Origin: Bacteroidota bacterium
Lineage (GTDB): Bacteria; Bacteroidota; Bacteroidia; Chitinophagales; Chitinophagaceae
Length of the DNA stretch: 32,919 nt
Assembly: GCA_947462495.1 (NCBI GenBank)
Contig: CANHOY010000001.1
Span: forward strand, 1-32,919
Direction of reading: 5' to 3'
The notes under the pieces are model-generated. The model saw only the letters and a list, made by a program, of their open reading frames with translations. It was not told where the DNA came from and did not search any database. Of this stretch, positions 1 to 7,377 are shown piece by piece. Made by a program: the position numbers and the translations under genes. Within the stretch, counting starts at the first letter, position 1. Each line of letters begins with the position of its first letter.

Positions 1-1
1 G

Positions 2-232
2 CTTACTTATAAAAATGCAGGTGTGGCGGAAGCCATTAAAGACATTCCAATGGAGTGGTTGGTGTTAGAAACCGATGCGCCTTATTTAGCACCTGTTCCT
101 TTTCGGGGTAAAACCAATGAGCCTAGTTATATGATTCAGGTAGCGATGAAGTTGGCTGAAATTAAAAATATTCCTTTGCATGAAGTAGCGGAGAAAACTA
201 CGAAAAATGCGGAGGGGGTGTTTGGGATATAG
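2..232 (+). CDS. tatD: TatD family hydrolase/DNase, C-terminal part (5' truncated by window edge)
   Basis: Frame is open from base 2 (LTYKNAGVAEAIKDIP...). Contains the TatD C-terminal motif LETDAPYLAPVPFRGKTNEP and ends with the T.NA..F helix. Confidence 0.92.
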   Translation, partial: LTYKNAGVAEAIKDIPMEWLVLETDAPYLAPVPFRGKTNEPSYMIQVAMKLAEIKNIPLHEVAEKTTKNAEGVFGI

Positions 233-243
233 GGTAGGGTGCC

Positions 244-270
244 CTAAACCCATGATTAGAGTGGGTTTAG
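244..270. terminator. Stem-loop between convergent tatD and the fibre gene (possible bidirectional terminator)
   Basis: CTAAACCCA (244-252) pairs perfectly with TGGGTTTAG (262-270), with a 9-nt loop. No clear U-tract on either side. Confidence 0.45.
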
Positions 271-290
271 TGATGCCTATGTAATTTTGC

Positions 291-3200
291 TTATTTTTTC
301 TCTTCTATTAGTTTTTGAACTATTGCCTCTAAAGTTTTTAAACGTTCTTTTAGTTCAGTATTTTCTTTGCTTAATTCTTGAATAGATTTCACCACAACTG
401 GCAATAAATTACCATAAGTAGCTTCCCACTTATTGGGGTTTGACTTATAAACCAGTTTTAGCCAATCTGCATTGTATTTATTCTGCGCTTCATCCAATTC
501 CTGAGCAATAAAACCAGCGGTTTGTTCCTTGCTAATTTTACTTCCGTCAGATACCCCAGCTTTATACCATTCTCTTTTATCCCAATTAAATACTCTTGGT
601 TTTAGAGAGTTGATGAAGTTTAAGCCTACACTTAAGTCATTGATATTCTTTTTATCGCGTTGGTCGGATAAGGAAGTAATAGTAGTTACATTGGCTCTAA
701 TTACTGTATTTGAACTATTGCCTAATGTGATTTCGTCTGAAACAGAAGTGCCTGAAACTTGAGCATTGTAACCTATTGTAATATTGTTTGTTCCAGTAAT
801 TAAGGTATTACCAGCGGCATAACCTATAGCTACATTATAATTTCCTTCAGTGTTTTGTGTTAATGCTTGATAGCCTAAAGAAACGTTCCCAATTCCTATG
901 GTGTTTTTGTATGAAGCTAAAAGACCTAATGCAATATTTGAACCACCATGTGTATTATAAGTTAAAGCGCCATTCCCCATCGCAATATTAGTCGTTCCGT
1001 CAAGGTTATAATACATTGTATTATAACCAATTGCAATATTACTTGTTCCTTCAGTATTTTTATATAATGAGGCGTTTCCAATTGCAATATTTTGTAATCC
1101 TATTGTATTTTTATTCAAAGTGTATGAACCAATCCCTATATTATAATCACCGGTAGTGTTTTCAACTAAAGCGTTTGATCCAACAGCAATATTATTATAT
1201 CCTTCTGTATTTTTAGACAAGCTATTTGTTCCAATTGCAACTATATCGTCACCAATTGTGTTAGCTGATAATGTATTATAACCTAGAGCCGTATTGTTAT
1301 TTGCTATAGTATTATTTAAAAGTGATTGGTAGCCAACAGCAGTATTGTATCGACCAGTGTTATTAGCAGCAGTTGAACTTCCTTTTAAAGATTCATATCC
1401 AACAGCAGTATTACCAGTTGTTCTTCCGGTTGTTCTATCATCTGCATAATACATTGCCCTTGTTCCAATTGCAATTGAACCACTATTAGCCACATTGAAA
1501 TATAAAGACTGATAGCCAATTGATGTATTATCACTGCCAGTTGTATTATCTTTTAATGCATGAAAGCCTAAAGTTGAGTTATCATTTCCTTCAGTATTTG
1601 CACTAAGAGAATTCATACCTACACTAGTATTTCTGGCTCCAGTTGTATTAGCATTTAAAGCGCTCCATCCAATAGCAGTATTATCTCCATTCAAACTATT
1701 TTCTAAAGTTAGATGTCCAACCGCAGTATTATTGTTATATGTTGTATTAGCTTTCAAAGAATTTACACCAATAGCAACATTTCCCTGTCCAGTTGTGTTA
1801 GAATATAAAGCTGAAGATCCAATACCAATGTTATTATCGCCTGTTGTAATAGATTTTATACTTTGATATCCAATAGCAGTATTATTTAACCCAGTGTTAT
1901 TAGCAGCAGTTGTGCTGCCCATTAGTGATTCATACCCAACAGCTGTATTGCCTGTTGTTCTACCAGTGGATCTATCATCAGCATAATACATTGCATTGTG
2001 ACCTATTGCAGCTGATCCCGAGTTTGCTTTGTTTGAGAATAATGTATTTACCCCAATTGCAACATTACTTGTACCTGTAGTATTTTCATAAAGTGCTCCA
2101 TATCCATTTGCAACATTACTTGCACCTGTAGTATTTTGATATAAACTCCATTTACCAATTGCTGTGTTAAAAAATCCTGTGGTATTATAATATAGTGATG
2201 ATGATCCAATTGCTATGTTATTAATACCTGTGGTGTTACTAAATAGTGCTTGATATCCAAGCGTAATATTATGTCGCCCTGTGGTGTTGCTAAATAGTGC
2301 TTGATATCCAACTGCTGTATTTGAATAGCCTGTTGTATTTGAGAGTAATGCATCTTTCCCTATTGCTGTATTAGTAGTTACAGTAGGTGTTCCTGATCCA
2401 ATACCTACAGTAATTCCATTTACCTTTAAATCATAAGCACCTAAATCAACTGCTTGAGATGCACCAGTATACGGAACACCCGCTGTTACTGAAGTTGTAA
2501 CTGTTCCGTCTGCTCTTAAATATTGAGTTGATAAACCACCCGGAACTTTATAGCCAGCTGCAGTTATGTTACCACTTGTTTTTACATCTGTTATTGAAGT
2601 ATTTCCTAATTGAATAGTATTAGAAGCGGAGACGATTGCTAAGCTACCTATTGCAATTGCATTTGATAAGTTATTTGAAGAGGCATCACTATTATTACCA
2701 ATGAATAGATTTTGAGAACCTACTGTAATTACGCTACCAGCATCTCTACCAATTGCGTTATTTGAACTCCCAGTTGTTAAGCCAGATAAACTATAAACAC
2801 CCAGTGCGCTATTGCTACCACCTGATGTTAAATTTTTTAAAGCCCCCTCTCCAATTGCATTATTGTAATTCGAGCCTGCTGCATTAAAATTTAACATTGC
2901 CTGATGTCCTACAGCTACATTGGAACTTCCTATTATGTTTGATCTTAAAGCCTCATTCCCTAAGGCCACATTTACCCATCCAGTTGTATTTGCACTCAAA
3001 GCATCATTCCCAATTGATGTATTAGATGACCCAGTTGTATTTGCATTTAATGAATTATAACCAATTGAAGCATTATTTGAACCGGAAGTATTGCTGTATA
3101 ATGAATTTGTGCCAATAGCAACATTACTTGAACCACTAGTATTTAAGTATAAAGAACCGCCTCCAAATGAAGCATTATAATCTCCGGTAGTGTTTGCATT

Positions 3201-6200
3201 TAATGCTCCGGAACCCATTGCTGTATTGGAAGCGCCACTAGTATTAGCTTTCATTGATTCATTACCAAAAGCAGAATTATAATTCCCAGTAGTATTATAA
3301 TAAAGAGAATTATAACCAGCTGAAGTGTTGTTAGTACCTGTGATATTACTTTTTAATGCAAAACCGCCTAAGGCAATATTATAGTTGCCAGATGTATTAC
3401 TTGATAGTGAGTAATAACCCATTGCTGTATTATCACTTCCAGTAGTATTTGCACCTAAGCTATATACTCCATTTGCAGAATTCTGTGTACCTGTAGTATT
3501 TAAATGCATACTTCCAAAACCTATACTTGTATTACTAGCGCCTGTTGTATTTGAAGCCATACTTATATACCCAATTGCAGTATTATTATCACCAGTTTTA
3601 TTATTACTTAGTGCAGTTCTTCCAACTGCTGTATTATTAGAAGCAGTGGTATTTTGAGACAATGCATTATCACCAATAGCAGTATTATTTTCACCACTGG
3701 TATTATTATATAGTGAATAACCACCAACAGCTGTGTTAAAACTTGCAGTCGTATTGGAGGCTAAAGAACCTACTCCTATAGCAATATTTGATGCACCTGT
3801 TGTATTTTTTTCTAAAGCTTCAAAACCAATTGCAGTGTTGTTTGACCCCGTTTTATTTGAATATAAGGACTGAACACCTACTGCAGTATTTTGAGTACCT
3901 GAAGTATTAGATCCAAGAGATTCTTTTCCAATTGCTGTATTATTTGAACCTGTATTATTATAAGGAAGAGCTTTTGAACCAATTGCAGTATTTGAAAAGC
4001 CAGTTGTATTAAACCATAATGCAATATGACCAATTGCAGCATTATCATACCCTGTATTATTCGCACTCAATGCATTATAACCTTGAGCGGTATTATTGTA
4101 ACCTGAACTATTTCCAACCATTGCATTATGGCCAATAGCAACATTATTTGATCCAGTTGTATTATTATTAAGGGCAAAAGTACCAACTGCAGTGTTAAAG
4201 TTTCCAGTTAAATTTGTATAAAGTGACTTAAGTCCAATTGCAAGGTTATATGAACCAGTAGTATTTGAATAAAGTGCTTGATAACCAACTGCAACATTAC
4301 TTCCACCCAAAGTATTACTATACATTGCCTTTGAACCAACCGCGGTATTTCTACTTACTGTAGTTGAATTATATAGAGAACTATCTCCTATAGCAACGTT
4401 ATTATTGCCAGTTGTATTATTGAATAAGCTATATATACCAACTGCGACATTTGAATAACCCGATGTGTTTTGATTTAATGCTACAATACCAATTGCAGTA
4501 TTTGTAGAACCAGTGGTATTTCTAAAAAGTGATTTTGATCCAACAGCAATATTATAATATCCGGTTGAATTAGAATAAAGGGACTGGTAACCTTGAGCGG
4601 TATTAGAATAACCTTCAGTATTTCTATAAAGTGCTTGATAACCAATTGCAGTATTATCGTTAGCTGTTGTGTTAAAATAAAGGGAATGATCACCAACTGC
4701 AATGTTATTGTTACCTGTAGTATTTGAATAAAGAGATCTATTTCCAATTCCAGTATTTTTTTTACCTGTAGTATTTGAATAAAGAGACCTATTCCCAATC
4801 CCAGTATTATATAAGCCACTAGTATTTGAACGAAGTGCTAAACTACCAATTGCCATATTCCAAAAACCAGTTGAGTCGGTTGCTAGGTTGGAGTATAAAG
4901 AACTATCTCCAATTGCTATATTTCCAAATGTATCAGTTAGTATTCCAGATGAGCCACTACTTCCATTCAACTTCCCAGTCACAGTTAAATCTCCATTAAT
5001 AGTCACTTTCTTATTATCAAACTCACCATAAATTAAAGGAGTTTTTGTTTTATCGTTGGCGATAATTAATTTATTGCTTGTGTTTAGGAATATTGAATCA
5101 CTTGCAGCCTTGTATCCAAGTATAACATTACCACTTCCTCTTAAGTTAGTGGCAACTGCAGCACCTATAATAACATTCTTGCTTCCGTTGGAGGAAGTAT
5201 CGTATAGCATCTCTGTTCCTAGTATCACATTATCATCCCCATTGTAGTTCAATGCTGTATTGGCTCCAATAGATACGTTTCTACTTACATCATTGGCTAG
5301 TTTTAAATTATTAGCACCTATTGACACGTTCGTGCCTGCATTTTTTGCACTTTGTAATGCACTAGTTCCTAAAGCTACGTTTTGGCTGTACTGAACTGTT
5401 TTAGAGCCAACAGATCCTATTGAATTTTTTCCTGCTTCATACCCTACTAATACGTTTCCAGTAGCATCTGCTTTAGCGTTTTGCCCTGCATTATTCCCTA
5501 TGATTACATTTTGCATGGCGCCACCACTAGTTGTGGTTCCTAAAGTGGCACCACTCGCGGTACCAATTAAGATATTATCGTTATTGGAACTATTGTCTTT
5601 ATTCTTTATCAAACTACCACCTGCGCCATTACCTATTGCATAGTTATTTGCATTGGCAGCTAATGTATCCATGCCTTTTAAGGCATCATATCCAATGGCT
5701 AAACCATAGGGTGTTTTAGTTGCAGAATCTCTTATATATTTTATTACCCCCGATTTAATGCCTGCAAATTGGGCAACAATTTTGGAAAGAGAATCAATTT
5801 TAGGTATATAGATGGCGCCTCTATTATTATTTAATACAATACTATCTCCCTTTTGAGCAAGCTTAATAGTTGCTATATCTAATTTTAAACTATCTACACT
5901 AATACTTGCAGCCCCTGCATTATTGGCATATAAAGCATAAGGAACAGATAGTAGTTGAGAGGTCCCAACAAATACAAATGCAGTACCGCCATCTAAGTCT
6001 AGTTCCACTTTCATGTAGTAAGGAAACTTACTCCATTGAACATCTTCCATTTTACCTGTATTGGCTTGTCCATTTCCAATGATAACTGAGAATTGGCCGT
6101 AAGGATCTGTATTAACATTGTGTATTTCTTGATACTTAATTGTACCTAATTGCTGCAACTCAATTAGCCCAATTCTTAACGAGATTTTTTTACTAGCAAC

Positions 6201-6332
6201 AGGAGTTCCAGCATTAGTTAAGGCTACCCCTTGATAATTAAATCCAAGCGGTGCTTGTGCACTTATATTGCTAATTGATAAAATAGTGGCTACAATAAAT
6301 AAGCCAATAATTTTTTGAATATAGTTCCCCAT
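291..6332 (-). CDS. Giant exported tail-fibre-like protein A (2013 aa): signal peptide, conserved Bacteroidota N-terminal domain, 17-aa NxAxG repeats, C-terminal peptidase S74-type intramolecular chaperone
   Basis: Start placed at MGNYIQK (6332) by comparison with the two other module copies; an in-frame upstream ATG exists at 6353. SPI signal ends ISA|Q. N-domain QAPLGFNYQGVA...SQLLSVPYALYA. Dozens of NTAxGxxALxxNTTG units. C-terminal SDQRDKKNI...LKPRVFNW...GFIAQEL...coiled coil matches the chaperone-of-endosialidase (S74) pattern. Confidence 0.85.
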   Translation of the reverse strand: MGNYIQKIIGLFIVATILSISNISAQAPLGFNYQGVALTNAGTPVASKKISLRIGLIELQQLGTIKYQEIHNVNTDPYGQFSVIIGNGQANTGKMEDVQWSKFPYYMKVELDLDGGTAFVFVGTSQLLSVPYALYANNAGAASISVDSLKLDIATIKLAQKGDSIVLNNNRGAIYIPKIDSLSKIVAQFAGIKSGVIKYIRDSATKTPYGLAIGYDALKGMDTLAANANNYAIGNGAGGSLIKNKDNSSNNDNILIGTASGATLGTTTSGGAMQNVIIGNNAGQNAKADATGNVLVGYEAGKNSIGSVGSKTVQYSQNVALGTSALQSAKNAGTNVSIGANNLKLANDVSRNVSIGANTALNYNGDDNVILGTEMLYDTSSNGSKNVIIGAAVATNLRGSGNVILGYKAASDSIFLNTSNKLIIANDKTKTPLIYGEFDNKKVTINGDLTVTGKLNGSSGSSGILTDTFGNIAIGDSSLYSNLATDSTGFWNMAIGSLALRSNTSGLYNTGIGNRSLYSNTTGKKNTGIGNRSLYSNTTGNNNIAVGDHSLYFNTTANDNTAIGYQALYRNTEGYSNTAQGYQSLYSNSTGYYNIAVGSKSLFRNTTGSTNTAIGIVALNQNTSGYSNVAVGIYSLFNNTTGNNNVAIGDSSLYNSTTVSRNTAVGSKAMYSNTLGGSNVAVGYQALYSNTTGSYNLAIGLKSLYTNLTGNFNTAVGTFALNNNTTGSNNVAIGHNAMVGNSSGYNNTAQGYNALSANNTGYDNAAIGHIALWFNTTGFSNTAIGSKALPYNNTGSNNTAIGKESLGSNTSGTQNTAVGVQSLYSNKTGSNNTAIGFEALEKNTTGASNIAIGVGSLASNTTASFNTAVGGYSLYNNTSGENNTAIGDNALSQNTTASNNTAVGRTALSNNKTGDNNTAIGYISMASNTTGASNTSIGFGSMHLNTTGTQNSANGVYSLGANTTGSDNTAMGYYSLSSNTSGNYNIALGGFALKSNITGTNNTSAGYNSLYYNTTGNYNSAFGNESMKANTSGASNTAMGSGALNANTTGDYNASFGGGSLYLNTSGSSNVAIGTNSLYSNTSGSNNASIGYNSLNANTTGSSNTSIGNDALSANTTGWVNVALGNEALRSNIIGSSNVAVGHQAMLNFNAAGSNYNNAIGEGALKNLTSGGSNSALGVYSLSGLTTGSSNNAIGRDAGSVITVGSQNLFIGNNSDASSNNLSNAIAIGSLAIVSASNTIQLGNTSITDVKTSGNITAAGYKVPGGLSTQYLRADGTVTTSVTAGVPYTGASQAVDLGAYDLKVNGITVGIGSGTPTVTTNTAIGKDALLSNTTGYSNTAVGYQALFSNTTGRHNITLGYQALFSNTTGINNIAIGSSSLYYNTTGFFNTAIGKWSLYQNTTGASNVANGYGALYENTTGTSNVAIGVNTLFSNKANSGSAAIGHNAMYYADDRSTGRTTGNTAVGYESLMGSTTAANNTGLNNTAIGYQSIKSITTGDNNIGIGSSALYSNTTGQGNVAIGVNSLKANTTYNNNTAVGHLTLENSLNGDNTAIGWSALNANTTGARNTSVGMNSLSANTEGNDNSTLGFHALKDNTTGSDNTSIGYQSLYFNVANSGSIAIGTRAMYYADDRTTGRTTGNTAVGYESLKGSSTAANNTGRYNTAVGYQSLLNNTIANNNTALGYNTLSANTIGDDIVAIGTNSLSKNTEGYNNIAVGSNALVENTTGDYNIGIGSYTLNKNTIGLQNIAIGNASLYKNTEGTSNIAIGYNTMYYNLDGTTNIAMGNGALTYNTHGGSNIALGLLASYKNTIGIGNVSLGYQALTQNTEGNYNVAIGYAAGNTLITGTNNITIGYNAQVSGTSVSDEITLGNSSNTVIRANVTTITSLSDQRDKKNINDLSVGLNFINSLKPRVFNWDKREWYKAGVSDGSKISKEQTAGFIAQELDEAQNKYNADWLKLVYKSNPNKWEATYGNLLPVVVKSIQELSKENTELKERLKTLEAIVQKLIEEKK
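770..4930 (-). repeat. Intragenic 51-nt (17-aa) tandem repeat arrays, beta-roll/YadA-head-like
   Basis: Units such as NTAIGYQALYRNTEGYS and NTAQGYQSLYSNSTGYY are 17 aa long. Near-identical neighbours lie 51 nt apart (4711 vs 4762; 2227 vs 2278). Boundaries approximate. Confidence 0.9.
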
Positions 6333-6396
6333 AGAGATGATTTTTAAATTCATTTTAAGACAGCTAGATATAGCTGAATGGGGTAGGGCAAAGGTA
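6327..6396 (-). promoter_or_regulatory. Conserved promoter plus structured leader, copy A
   Basis: TACCTTTG -7 element (6396-6389), then CCCTACCCCATT, hairpin CAGCTA-TATC-TAGCTG (6376-6361), ATGA...TCAT and start ATGGGG. Homologous to 11151-11222 and 14159-14230. Confidence 0.8.
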
Positions 6397-6436
6397 AATT
6401 GATATTATGAAAAAGGACAATTTATCTCGCTACCCC

Positions 6437-7357
6437 TTATAGCTTCACAATCTTAAACGTGTAGGTCATTTTAAAGTCGGTAGAATAAACTCTTACGATG
6501 TAAATACCTGAGGCTAAATTAGCTATATCTAGGTTGGTACCGGAATATAGGTTCTTTCTATTGGCTACTATCCTTCCTGTACTAAAATCAAAAATATCGG
6601 CATTTAAGGTGTTGTATTTAATTAAGAAGAAGTTCAAGTATAAATTGGATACATAAGGATTAGGCATCACTTTTATAAACTGATTGTCCTCCAAATTAAT
6701 AATGTCTGTTACTAAGAAGAAATAAGAGGAACCTTTTAAACTAGCACAACCATTTTGCACTGTGGTAACTGTGTAAGAGGCATTTACAAGTGGCTTGTAT
6801 TTAACATCCGTAGCGCCTGCTATAGCTACTCCATCTTTATACCATTGATTGCCTGTACTGTAATTTGAGGTTAAATTACCTACACTATCTCTAACAATAG
6901 TTGGAGTTGGAGGTTTTTGGAAAGCACTCTTTGTTATGATTATTTGCCTGGAGGAATCATAATGTCCTAATCCATCTGTGTAGGCTATTTTATAAACTCC
7001 AGTATCTTTTTGAGTAAGTTTAATTAATGAAGTGTCTTTTGCTTTTATAGCAGTATCGTTTTTAAACCAAGTATAAAAAGGAGAACTATTTGCCTTGATA
7101 ATGGTGGTATCATCAGGACAAATACTTAAGTCTCCAATTATAGCTACACTGGTATCTAACATGATACGAAGTGGTTGCTGAAAACCAACAGTTATTTTAT
7201 TCGTACCTGAGCTAAAATTTCCTGCCATATATTGACCCACTGAAAAGTTTACGTTAGGGCTAGTAAAACCTACAGAGTTGATGGAACCACGTTTGATGGT
7301 TTGGGCATTTAATTGTCCTAAAACAAAGAATGATAATATAAAAAGTAGTTTTTTCAT
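6437..7357 (-). CDS. T9SS type A sorting (CTD) domain protein with N-terminal FSVGQ...GFQQP segment and Ig-like domains
   Basis: Signal peptide LNA|Q. Ig-like YTWFKN and QWYKDGVAIAGAT motifs. C-terminal KVMPNP...DIANLASGIYIVRV...TFKIVK is a typical type A CTD. Confidence 0.85.
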   Translation of the reverse strand: MKKLLFILSFFVLGQLNAQTIKRGSINSVGFTSPNVNFSVGQYMAGNFSSGTNKITVGFQQPLRIMLDTSVAIIGDLSICPDDTTIIKANSSPFYTWFKNDTAIKAKDTSLIKLTQKDTGVYKIAYTDGLGHYDSSRQIIITKSAFQKPPTPTIVRDSVGNLTSNYSTGNQWYKDGVAIAGATDVKYKPLVNASYTVTTVQNGCASLKGSSYFFLVTDIINLEDNQFIKVMPNPYVSNLYLNFFLIKYNTLNADIFDFSTGRIVANRKNLYSGTNLDIANLASGIYIVRVYSTDFKMTYTFKIVKL

Positions 7358-7377
7358 TTAATTTAAATTTTCCACAA

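Noticed and set aside
291-6332. Classical trimeric autotransporter adhesin (type Vc)
   Set aside because: The repeats resemble YadA heads, but neither fibre ends in a beta-barrel anchor with a terminal aromatic residue.
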